Assembly (NCBI GenBank): GCA_965205865.1
Contig: CBDBHR010000030.1
Span: forward strand, 32,001 to 96,000
Reading direction: 5' to 3'
Source: a bacterium
GTDB taxonomy: Bacteria; SAR324; NAC60-12
DNA: 64,000 nucleotides
Part shown: positions 20,578 to 30,922 of the stretch, one piece after another
Layout of the letters: each line of letters opens with the position of its first letter
How positions within the stretch are numbered: position 1 is the stretch's first letter
Made by a program: the position numbers and the translations under genes
Notes under the pieces: model-generated
Database searches by the model: none
The model's input: only the letters and a program-made list of their open reading frames with translations
What the model was told of the DNA's origin: nothing

Positions 20578-21895
20578 TCAGAAAAGTCGCACGACTCGTA
20601 GTTCGCCGCGCAGGCGTTGGTAGCTGTGGAGTTGGGCGTTGGACTCGCGTTCTTCCCGGATGATCACCAGCTGCGGGCTGAAGCCGAAGAGGGTCAGGGC
20701 GCGGTTGAAGGCCGAGAGTTGGTAGGTTTGCGTGAGATCCTTGCGTTTCGCGGGCCCGCGGGTGAGATAGGACCAGTCGGGTTGGAAGAAGCTGCGGGCC
20801 ACGGTGGCCGAGGCTCCCACGCTGAAACCCAGCGGCAGCGCGTAGGAAGCCGAGAGGCGGCCAGGGTCGCGTCAGGCGACGAGAGCGCAGGCGGGGCTTT
20901 TCTTCGCCATAGCCGGCGCTCAGACTGAGGGAGAGCGAGGGGCTGGCCTGCCAGCGTCCGGTCAGCGAGAAATTCCAGCGGGGACCGTCCAGGTGTTTGG
21001 ATTGCTCGTTTCGCCGTTCGTGCCAGCTCGCCCTTTCGATGGCCAACCATTGCGCTCCCAGTCGTTGCGCGCTTTCCAGGCGCAGGCCCTTTTCCAGGTA
21101 GGCGGGCTGGTTGGCCGACCACTGCTGGCGGCGACTGGCGAGCAGGCTGATTTCCGTGTTGCGCGTCATGATCCAACGTGGCCCGGCATGCAGCGAGATC
21201 AACATGCGATTGTACTGCGTTTCGCGGTGCTCCTGTCGCCAGAGGTCGGCGCCGGCGCGCAGTTTCAATCGTTGCGAGAGGGGATGCTCGTATTCGGCGC
21301 CACCCCAGACGATGAGGCCCACCCCGGAGGAGGGTTTCGATTCATCGGTCACCGTTAAGGGGAAGCCGTAGAACCAGACGATATCCGCGGATGAAGCGGC
21401 GTTGACGTTGCTGTCCGGCGCCAGGGCCAATCCGAAGTGCGCGTCCCAACGACGGCGGGCGCGGATGGCGTCGAGGTAGCGCTGCACGTTCTTGGCAACG
21501 GCTTCGGGAGGTTTGCCGGCCAGCACGCGCTCGAAATGCTGCCGGGCCAGGTTGTCTTCCCCTTTGAGAAAGAAGGCGCGAGCCAGTTCGAGTCGTGGCC
21601 TGCTCAGCTCGGGCTGGAAGATGAGAATGCGTCTCAGGGCGGCGATGGCCGCATCCAGCAAGGCTTCACGGGTGTCTTCATCGAGGCCGGGCTCGTGCGA
21701 CGCGCCAATGCCCGCCAGTCCTGTGAGGAAAAGCACTTCCACGTCGTCCGCATTGGCCTCTAGCAGGGGCCGGAGAAGCTTGAGCGCCTCGAGGTGGCGT
21801 CCATTTTGGATCAGTTTTTCGGCATCTTTGACACTGGCCTGCAGCGCTGCCGTCATCAGCAGAAAAACGGCGAGCATCGCCAGCAAACGCAACAT
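20578..21895 (-). CDS. Slam / DUF560 surface-lipoprotein assembly modifier (type XI secretion), frameshifted near 20862
   Basis: Signal peptide, TPR (RLELARAFF), PDSNVN barrel start, terminal ..VVRLF; 2-bp deletion (GGGG to GG) relative to the 15.5-kb copy. Confidence 0.85.
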
Positions 21896-22063
21896 AATGA
21901 ATATAGGATGTGGGAGATAATGTTGGAGGGTGAGCCTGGGGGAGTGACAGCCTCCCCCGGTTCTCGGCTGGGTCTTCAGTGTTATGGTTCGCTCTCAAAA
22001 TAAGAAGGGCAGTTTTCAGGCCACCCTCCAAGGTTCATCACAACTGCAGATGTCTTCTGAAGA

Positions 22064-23707
22064 TTATTCGTCCTCCCGTGTGGCATAGGCACCGGCAGCA
22101 TTGCCATCTGAGAAATTGGCATTGAAGGTGCCGAAGATGCCTGTGGGGCGTTCATTTGAAGTACCGTAGCCTTGCGCCTTCCATTTGCCATCGATAGTAT
22201 TATTGCTAGTGAACGTTTCACCATTCTCTAACTCAGCATTGCCAAACGCAGCTTCCTTAAGAGTAACTTCCCAAGTGGGGTTAACCGCGTTACCTCTGAA
22301 ATTTGAGATTTCACCACTAATCATCGGGGAGTCCCCAAACTTCACTTCTAAGCTGACTTTGGCTTCGAACTCGCCAGATCGAACATTATCCCCATCACGG
22401 TAAGCGGATATGCCAACGGCTGGCCCGCTATATGAGGCGCTTGTGTCTGTTGGATCATCTGCGGGGATAGCGAGATCAAGATTAGCCGTGTTGGCGTCCG
22501 TTCTAGCGTAAGTTGTGACCATCTCTTCGTCATCGCCATTAACCGAAATCCAATAACCATATTGGGCGTAATCTGTATCCTCACTGTATGTCACTGGGTC
22601 TGCGCTCGTGTCTGCGACATAGAGCCTCTCCTCATTAGTCGGAGTGAAATACCAACTCCCCGTCAGCATCCTATCGTCAGTCTCCGGCCCAGCTGCCACA
22701 ATGCAATCGCTGCCGAGGCAGATTGCTATGCCTGGAATACCATTGTGCGTAGCAACTTTCTGCGTACCAAACATCGCCGCATCGGTGTTTACATTTAGAG
22801 TAGAAGCGGAAGTGACGGTTTCACCATTGATTGATGCCACTTTAACGGCCTTTAGGTTGTTATCACCGTCGACAATATTCGCATCCATGGTTGTGCCGAC
22901 GATCTCGCTCCATGTTTTGCCTAGCTGATCTTTACGCATGGTCCGCCGTACCTCAGGGATGTCATCAACAACGGGTGCGATTTCTCCCGCTACTAATAAG
23001 GCACTGCTTTTTAGCGCACCCTCAATAGCCTCCGCAACTTCCATGGCTATACTAGCGGGCGATGTTGGCATTTTGGCATCGGAAGGACCGGTAACTTTTT
23101 CGACAGATGCTTTCGCATTTTCCAGGAACATTTCGATGGCCTCGATATTCTTCTGGACTTCTGCGATCGCAACTTCCAGCGCAGCCGTCGCAGCGTCATC
23201 GGCTCCTTCTTTCGCCGCTTCGAGCGCTGCCCGCGCCTCTATTGCAGCTGTCAAAGCGTCATCGATCGTCGTCTTGGCGTCCAGCACTTTCTGAGCATTC
23301 TCCATAGCGGTCATGGATTCGCCGCCGACACCAAGCACCTCGAGCATATCTGGCATTGAGTATTTAATCGCGTTCGCCAAGGCGGTATTCGCCGTATTTT
23401 TAGCTTCATCAGCCTTGTTGTCTTCCTCGAATGCCACTTGGAACGGACCTCGCTCGTCCACCATCTCTTCACCATCCTCCTCTTCACCATCCTCTACCAT
23501 TTCCATCTCTTCTTCGGCAGTTGCCTTCGATTTACTCGACGTAGTGCAGGAGGTCAAGAAGCCGACCGCCGCTAACATGAAGAGCGCGACCACCAAAATT
23601 CTGAGGTACGTATTTTTTCCCGTCCTGCATCCAACTGGGGAAACAAGAGCGGTCTCCTCACCGATTTTTTCTTTTTCCATTTTTCCACTTTTTTCAAATT
23701 CACTCAT
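22064..23707 (-). CDS. surface lipoprotein with TbpB-like C-terminal beta-barrel (likely Slam cargo)
   Basis: Lipobox-like FLTSC, acidic linker, Ala-rich helical region, ASYSGPAVG...FGTFNANF..GAY barrel; directly upstream of Slam. Confidence 0.8.
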   Translation of the reverse strand: MSEFEKSGKMEKEKIGEETALVSPVGCRTGKNTYLRILVVALFMLAAVGFLTSCTTSSKSKATAEEEMEMVEDGEEEDGEEMVDERGPFQVAFEEDNKADEAKNTANTALANAIKYSMPDMLEVLGVGGESMTAMENAQKVLDAKTTIDDALTAAIEARAALEAAKEGADDAATAALEVAIAEVQKNIEAIEMFLENAKASVEKVTGPSDAKMPTSPASIAMEVAEAIEGALKSSALLVAGEIAPVVDDIPEVRRTMRKDQLGKTWSEIVGTTMDANIVDGDNNLKAVKVASINGETVTSASTLNVNTDAAMFGTQKVATHNGIPGIAICLGSDCIVAAGPETDDRMLTGSWYFTPTNEERLYVADTSADPVTYSEDTDYAQYGYWISVNGDDEEMVTTYARTDANTANLDLAIPADDPTDTSASYSGPAVGISAYRDGDNVRSGEFEAKVSLEVKFGDSPMISGEISNFRGNAVNPTWEVTLKEAAFGNAELENGETFTSNNTIDGKWKAQGYGTSNERPTGIFGTFNANFSDGNAAGAYATREDE

Positions 23708-23747
23708 GGTATTTCTCCTTCTTATTCGATTAAAATAACATCAAAAC

Positions 23748-24145
23748 GATTTTGCCTGCTCTTTTATAATTCCCCGTAAAACCATTGTCGAGTCTTTTTC
23801 CAAACCATTCTGAAAAAAACCGGACAGGCCAAACTTCAATGATTTTGATTTTGCCTGCTCTTTTTTAAATCCCCTTAAAACCAATGTCAACACCTTTTTT
23901 CAAACTGAAAAAAACGGACGAGCAAAACTTCAATGATTTTGCCTGACCTTTTTTAAAATACTATAAAGCCAATGCCAAGTCTTTTTTTCAAATCCCGAAA
24001 ACCCGACGAGCAAAACTTCAATGATTTTGATTTTGCCTGCTCTTTTATAAAGCACTATAAAGCCATTGCCAAGTCTTTTTTCAAATCTGAAAAAAACCCG
24101 ACCAGCAAAACTTCAATGATTCCGCCTGCTCTTTATTAAAACACT
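23748..24145 (-). promoter_or_regulatory. tandem array of ~90-bp units each carrying a sigma70-like promoter; fifth unit continues at 25898-25930
   Basis: Minus strand, e.g. TTGGCA-17-TATAAA, TTGACA-17-TAAAAA, TCGACA-17-TATAAA, with A-rich upstream tracts. Confidence 0.65.
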
Positions 24146-25897
24146 CCTAAGTTGAGCGATTCGTAATAAAAAAAGCTCCCAACCTTGGGAAAAATGTGTT
24201 ATATTTCAGTGGTTAAAATAAAAAAATTCACAAAATCTAACACAACCCAACAGGTAGAGAGCTTTATGGGAAAAAATATAACAGTTCAGGATAAAAAGAA
24301 ACAGATAATTGATGCCATTCAGCCAACCGATGAACACTTGACAAGTCGTGCCGGATTGGCCTTGTTTGCCCAGTATCTGCAAAGCATTCGGCTGATGCCG
24401 ATCATCGAAAGGTTGTTTGGTTCGATGCGTAAAAATAAAAAAGGAATTGCTGTCTCTGATTTTTTTGCGCAGATCCTCTGTTTTTTCATGGACGGCAGCA
24501 GCCGTCATCTCAGTTGGTTCGATCACCTCAAAAGGGGCGAGGGTTATGCCGCCTTGCTGTCATGCAGTGAGCAAGACCTTGCCTCCTCGCATGCCGTGAA
24601 AAGATTTTTTGGAAAGTTCTCTTTTGTACGAGTCTACCTGTTTCGTCATCTGCTGCAGATACTGTTTATCTGGAGACTGAAGAAGACTTGTCCAACGGTG
24701 ATTGTGTTGGGTCTGGATTCGATGGTACTTGATAATGATGATGCCCTGAAACGCCATGGTGTCCAGCCGACTTACAAGATGGTCAAAGGATTTCATCCCC
24801 TGCAGATGAATTGGGGTCGTTATATGGTTGACGCAGTTTTTCGCGGAGGTAGCAAACATTCGAATCACGGGAAAACTGTTCAGAATATGCTGGTTCATAT
24901 CGTGAAAAGGATTCGCCGCCAATACCGAGATGATGTACCAATCATGGTGCGCATGGACACCGGTTTTTTTGACGAAAAAATCTTTGAAACCTGTGAACGA
25001 CTGAACATCGGTTAGCTGAAGCGGAGGAAAGTCCTATGCCAATGTGAGGAATGCTGCGGAAGAAGCCACTGACTGGCAGACCTTCACTTCATCGGGCAAG
25101 AAGGAGATCTGGCAGTACACCGAGTTTAAGAGCCAGCAGGGGACATGGAAGAAGGCTCGTCGCACGATCTACAGCCGCTTGATTGAACACGATAGCCAAC
25201 TCTCTTTGCCGGGTTTGGATCATGATGGCGTGATCATTACGAACCTTGGTATGGGAGAGGCCATTGATGGCCAACTCAGCCAAGCCGCTGAAGAAAAGCG
25301 CATCGATGCTCATAGCATCCTTGGCTCGTACCACGGACGGGGAAAGGATGAACTGGCCAACCGGGCGCTGAAAAACTTTGGTCATCAACAACTTCCCTTC
25401 AAGGACTTCATTTCCAATACCGCATGGTACTATCTGATGCTGGTTGGCAATAACCTCTTCGAATCCTTCAAAGAAGATGTCAGCAAGCCAGTGATTGCGG
25501 TAACGATGTATGCTGATACCTTCCGGCGCCAGTTTCTTGATACGGCAGGCAAACTGGTTCGTCATGCCGGAAAACTGATCTTGAAAATACCAAAAAAGAC
25601 CTTTGAGCGCTTGCAATTGGACCAACTATTTGCCACCTGCCAGCACGCATTGGCGCCAATCTGATCAACGGGTTTCGCTTCAATTAAAAAACAAAAACAT
25701 TAAAGTTTAAGGGGATAAGTGCGTCCAAAACATGAGAAATGAAGACCTTCCACATCTGAAAACAGCATTTTGATGCTCATTCTCACTCAAACATCCATGG
25801 ATTTGATGATCAAAATCTGATTTCAGAATGATTGCCTTTCTCAGGCAAAAAAATCATCTTGAAAATCTGATCCTTTTTTAGAATCGCTCAATTTGGG
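24146..25897 (+). mobile_element. IS1380-family element, copy 2 (1752 bp, split transposase)
   Basis: Same IRs as copy 1; perfect 5-bp TSD ACACT. Confidence 0.95.
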
Positions 25898-26149
25898 ACA
25901 CTATAAAGCCAATGCCAAGTTTTTTTTCAGCTCACAAAGTTGCTGGCTGAAACAGACAGTCTCCGAGGGTTGTGAAAAAAGGAAGTTTCACAAAAACAAA
26001 CAACCCTCGCAAAGGAGACTGTCATGGAAAAAATTAACATTGAATCTTTCTCATGTCAAACACTTTTTTTGGAATTGACGCGCATTAGAAGACCTTTGCC
26101 TCAATTCCACGCACCCCCACTCCGTATTTCGCAAGGGGCGATTCGATCC

Positions 26150-26350
26150 GGCCAGCTCCGATTCCCAACAGAAAAGATTCGACGAGACGTCTTCATACGA
26201 TCCGGCTGGATTCCTGGTCTTCGCCAGCAATGACAACTGGATTCCCAACAGAAGGGATTCGAAGAGGCGTCTTCATACGATCCGGATGGATTCCTGGTCT
26301 TCGCCAGCAATGACAACTGGATTCCCAAGAGAAGGGATTCGAAGAGGCTT
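26150..26350. repeat. ~80-bp tandem units containing GGATTCCTGGTCTTCGCCAGCAATGAC
   Basis: About 2.5 units visible. Confidence 0.85.
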
Positions 26351-26561
26351 CTTCAAAAGCGTTCTTCAGTTTACCGAAGCCATCCTATAGTTACAAGGAA
26401 AAAACTTCAGCTGCTCGATCTCGCTATTCTCCCTGCCCTCAATCCATGCATTCCTCATGCCTAAGCTGGCATAGACGCAACCAAAAAGGTTGTTTATGAC
26501 GGTATATCGCTCAAAATGAACCTCGAGATGGCAGGGCCGGGTGACCTGCCGGTCAAAAATG

Positions 26562-27845
26562 TATCGAGTTGTCATTCCTGGCAAAGACCAGGAATCCACC
26601 GCTATGCCTCTCATCGAATTGTCATTTCATCGAGTTGTCATTTCATCGAGTTGTCATTTCATCGAGTTGTCATTGCTGGCGATTCAGAGTGACTCCTGGA
26701 TTCCTGGTCTGCGCCAGGAATGACACGCTTGTATCCAGGGTGACTCCTGGATTCCTGGTCTGCGCCAGGAATGACACGCTTGTATCCAGGGTGACTCCTG
26801 GATTCCTGGTCTGCGCCAGGAATGACACGCTTGTGGGGACAGGAATGACACGCTTGTATCCAGGGTGACTCCTGGATTCCTGCAAAGACCAGGAATCCAC
26901 CGCTATGCCTCTCATCGAATTGTCATTCCTGGCGCAGACCAGGAATCCACCGGTATGCGTCTCATCGAGTTGTCATTCCATCGAGTTGTCATTCCTGGCA
27001 ATGACCTGGAATCCACCGCTTTGCCTCTCATCGAGTTGTCATTTCATCGAGTTGTCATTCCTGGCGCAGACCAGGAATCCACCACTATGCCTCTCATCGA
27101 GTTGTCATTTCATCGAGTTGTCATTCCTGGCAATGACCAGGAATCCACCACTATGTCTCTCATCGAGTTGTCATTTCATCGAGTTGTCATTTCATCGAGT
27201 TGTCATTTCATCGAGTTGTCATTCCTGGCAAAGACCAGGAATCCACCGCTATGCCTCTCATCGAGTTGTCATTTCATTGAGTTGTCATTTCATTGAGTTG
27301 TCATTTCATTGAGTTGTCATTCCTGGCGCAGACCAGGAATCCACCGCTATGCCTCTCATCGAGTTGTCATTTCATCGAGTTGTCATTCCTGGCGCAGACC
27401 AGGAATCCACCGGGCTGGCGATTCAGGGTGACTCCTGGATTCCTGGTCTTCGCCAGGAATGACACGCTTGTATCCAGGGTGACTCCTGGATTCCTGGTCT
27501 TCGCCAGGAATGACACGCTTGTGGGGACAGGAATGACACGCTTGTATCCAGGGTGACTCCTGGATTCCTGGTCTTCGCCAGGAATGACACACTTGTGGGG
27601 ACAGGAATGACACGCTTGTATCCAGGGTGACTCCTGGATTCCTGGTCTTCGCCAGGAATGACACGCTTGTGGGGACAGGAATGACACGCTTGTATCCAGG
27701 GTGACTCCTGGATTCCTGGTCTTCGCCAGGAATGACACGCTTGTGGGGACAGGAATGACACGCTTGTATCCAGGGTGACTCCTGGATTCCTGGTCTTCGC
27801 CAGGAATGACACGCTTGTGGGGACAGGAATGACACGCTTGTATGG
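26562..27845. repeat. large array of GTCATTCCTGG-N6-CCAGGAAT palindromes in alternating orientation blocks, with 16-bp CATCGAGTTGTCATTT microrepeats
   Basis: Forward block, reverse block, forward block, reverse block; no unique spacers. Confidence 0.95.
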
Positions 27846-28191
27846 ATAAATTGAAAGAAGTCGTTTGGATTCTTGTAGAGAAGAAAGTAGATGGAGGACC
27901 GCTGGTGCAGTCCCCCATCCGAAAGGTAATTATGAAACTGCGGGTGTTATAAAGGCACCGCCCGCTGGCCTGGAATGCTCTCAAAGGGGGAGTTTAAAAC
28001 ATGGAACCAGACATGCAATTTATTTGCCAAACATCTTCTAAATGAGGTGGGGTCAAGATGGGGTCAGGCTTGCATACTTGCGCATTGGTATTTTTTTCGT
28101 TTCATAGGTGAAGAGTCTCCCTCAGAACTCTTGCTTCATGTCTCGCTTGATGTGGTTGTGGTCAAATTGGCCTGGCAAATCCGGGACCTGC

Positions 28192-28545
28192 TCAGAATGA
28201 GTAGAACGCCCCTAGATGGGCGCGATGTTCGTCCCCACCGTGATCGTCACTGAGCGGCAGGTACAGGTACTCGATACGAAACGAAGCGGCGTTGGTTATC
28301 GGTACGTCGAGGCCGCCACCCAAGAGGAGCCCAAGGCCGTTGTCGTCATCTTTTTCTGACATCGATACCAGGCGGTTCGCAATCGTTATCGTTGCCGTTC
28401 CCTCGAATTCATCATGCCATCGCCTCACCCCGATCTTGACGAAAGGCATGACGAAGGAGGAATCAAGCGACACTTGCCTTACGAGGGCGCCGTACAGTGA
28501 CCAGCGCCTCAGCTTGACCTTGGCATTAAAATTAAACGTAGCGCA
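28192..28545 (-). pseudogene. 5'-truncated copy of the OmpA-like beta-barrel gene at 36262-36945
   Basis: Near-identical barrel strands with variant loops; 5' part deleted up to the junction CAAGACATGTTTATAG. Confidence 0.9.
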
Positions 28546-28656
28546 AGATCGGCAAGACATGTTTATAGCACTTAAACAGAGGAATGAATAGAACTTGTCA
28601 TGTTTGAATCGTTCCTGTACTTACGGAAGTTGATTCATCAAATGAAATTTCTGAAA

Positions 28657-28902
28657 ATGGAAGCAGAAGTAGAATTTGATCCTCTTGACAGGCTACTCAA
28701 AAAATTAAGGGACCACGCTGTTGATCACAAATCAAAAATTGTTTCTATGAACGAGGAGATGACAAAAGAATTTGTCGGCGTGAAGAAGCAACTCAGGGGA
28801 ATGGACGAGCGACTCAAGGAAATGGACGAGCAATTTCAAGGTCAATTTAGTGAAATGGTAAGTAAGATTGATGCGCTGGCAGACCTTTTGAGGAAGGAAT
28901 GA
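28657..28902 (+). CDS. small coiled-coil protein (paralog of 37260-37526)
   Basis: Heptad repeats EMDERLKEMDE. Confidence 0.6.
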   Translation: MEAEVEFDPLDRLLKKLRDHAVDHKSKIVSMNEEMTKEFVGVKKQLRGMDERLKEMDEQFQGQFSEMVSKIDALADLLRKE

Positions 28903-29049
28903 AACTTATGAGGAGAGGGGTATAACTCTTGTGCGCCCGCTGGCCTGCAAACCTCTCAGACCATTCCTGATCGCTTGCATACGTCAATCCATCTCCTCCT
29001 GAATAATGGGACTAGTCATGCAATTTATATGCAATTTATTTGCCAAACA

Positions 29050-29230
29050 CCTTCTGAGAAAACGCTTCATTATTGAAACCATCAACAACCAACTGAAAAA
29101 TATATCACGAATTGAGCATTCCGGACGTCGCAGCGTTAAAAACTTTATGGCTGATTCACTCGCAGGCTCAATTGCTTATACCTGGCAACCGCAAAAACCG
29201 ACCCTCAATAGAATGAAAGAGGCAACGCCG
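29050..29230 (+). mobile_element. IS982-family transposase C-terminal remnant
   Basis: LLRKRFIIETINNQLKNISRIEHS.RRS..NF motif. Confidence 0.75.
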
Positions 29231-29515
29231 CTTCAAATCATCGAGTGCGCTATCTCGTACTCGGGTGAGAGATGTTGTTGAACATCCAATTGCCATCGGG
29301 AATTCGCATATTCGTTGATGATAACCTGAATCCTGCTTGCGCATGAATTGAAAAAAGCTTGATATGACAATAATGAGGTTATAAAAGTCATAAAGCTGAA
29401 TACCGAAAGGAAAGGGAATAAGCGCTATCACTTTGTCATAACGGAGCTGATCATGCAACCAGGAAAATCAAAACTGCGCATTTCAAATTAGAAACGGTTC
29501 AGATAATCAGATACA

Positions 29516-29788
29516 ATGGAAATAATAACTTCCTTTGCAATTTCGCTCTCTGCCGTTATTATAGCTGGGATTGGGCTTTTTTGGAAAATAAGGACGGATT
29601 ACCGCAGAGAGTTTGATGAGCGAATTAAAGGTGTCGAGAATAATTTGACCGATCGCCTTAAGGACGTCGAGAATAATCTGACCGATCGCGTCAATAAGGT
29701 CGATGACCGGTTGCGAGAAATTGAATCAAATATACAACGGGCGCTCGGACGGCTGGAAGGACGTCAAGACGCTCAGAATAAAATATAG
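29516..29788 (+). CDS. N-terminal TM plus coiled-coil small protein
   Basis: Hydrophobic N-terminus, repeated VENNLTDR. Confidence 0.6.
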   Translation: MEIITSFAISLSAVIIAGIGLFWKIRTDYRREFDERIKGVENNLTDRLKDVENNLTDRVNKVDDRLREIESNIQRALGRLEGRQDAQNKI

Positions 29789-29803
29789 TAGTTAAAGCGG
29801 AGT

Positions 29804-29986
29804 ATGCATATGGAACCGAATACCCATCTCCTTCCTCAAAAGGTTCAGCAAAGACCGGGTCTTACAATCGATTGGAGTTTCCAACGCGTCGAGTCAGCGT
29901 TTGTGCGTGTCGAAGGGTCTGTGGAAAGAATCGAACGATTGGTAAAGAAATTCGATGAACTTGAAAAAAAGGCCAAGCAAAGCTGA
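29804..29986 (+). CDS. small coiled-coil hypothetical protein
   Basis: GGAG RBS; RVE heptads. Confidence 0.35.
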   Translation: MHMEPNTHLLPQKVQQRPGLTIDWSFQRVESAFVRVEGSVERIERLVKKFDELEKKAKQS

Positions 29987-30056
29987 GATGGGGTCAAGAT
30001 GGGTCAGGTTTGCATACTTGTATTTCCTTCCGAATACATGCAAGCCTGACCCAATA

Positions 30057-30595
30057 CTAAAAATAGAACCTGAGTGTTGCCAGCAAGGCGTGGGTTTTGA
30101 AATCGGCCACGGTTTCGTCGATTTTGACTGGAATTTCTCTGCGCCTGCCATCCTCCCTGTATCGCACGATGGTGATGTCACCGACGTCGGTTCTTATTTC
30201 TCCGGCGTCCGTATAACGATAGCTCAAGTCGGGTTTCATGCGATTCGAGACTGGTATGACCAGACCGGTGGTCAACATATATGTAAATTCCTGTCCGCTT
30301 CCTTCGGGGAGACGGGTAAACGGGATTTCTCCATTGGCACCCCGGCGCAAATAACCTTTAGGATTATCGGGGTCTGGAAACTGTTGAACGAAGTCTTTCA
30401 GTCTGTAATTGCTGTAACCCATCCCCACTCCAAGATAGGACTGTATCCGTAGATCGCTGATGACTTTCCACGGCGGGAAATCGTAGAATCCGGATAATAA
30501 GAGTTGCCGCGTTTCCAGCTTGGCTATCGAAGGTTGACGATCTCCCGATCTCGCATAGTTGGTATTCCCCTTGAAGTCGAGATTCCCGGCCGAGA
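30057..30595 (-). pseudogene. 5'-truncated OMP beta-barrel cassette bracketed by REPs
   Basis: Paralog of 7265-7701; terminal LRFYF; REPs at 30001-30052 and 30597-30640. Confidence 0.8.
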
Positions 30596-30689
30596 TGGGG
30601 TCAGGCTTGCATACTTGTATTTCTCTGAATACAAGTATGGTCACCGTAAAGAACTGATTTATAGTGACTTTCAGTCACCTTTCATCATT

Positions 30690-30892
30690 CCTCCGGTACA
30701 GATCCGGACATCTTGGCTGACACGGACTGACCAGAAATTCGGATCTTTGGCTTTATCCAGCTTGTGGAACTGCAATCCCGGCCGGGTAGGATTCAATTGA
30801 AGGTCAAAGGCCGTGGTCTTCACGGCATTTTGCTCGTCACCGGTGAGCTTGGCGAGGCTGTCGGTGAAGGTGTCGGCAATGCGGAAGTTCAC
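30690..30892 (-). pseudogene. N-terminal RelE-like domain of a UvrD-type helicase, truncated
   Basis: MNFRIADTFTDSLAKLTGDEQ.AVKTTAFDLQLNP..PG...HKL...KDPNFWSVRV recalled as the start of this helicase family. Confidence 0.7.
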
Positions 30893-30922
30893 ATCAGGTC
30901 TCGACTTGGACCACAGAGGCGC

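Noticed and set aside
26562-27845. CRISPR array
   Set aside because: The inter-repeat segments are themselves repeated, orientation flips within the array, and there are no cas genes.
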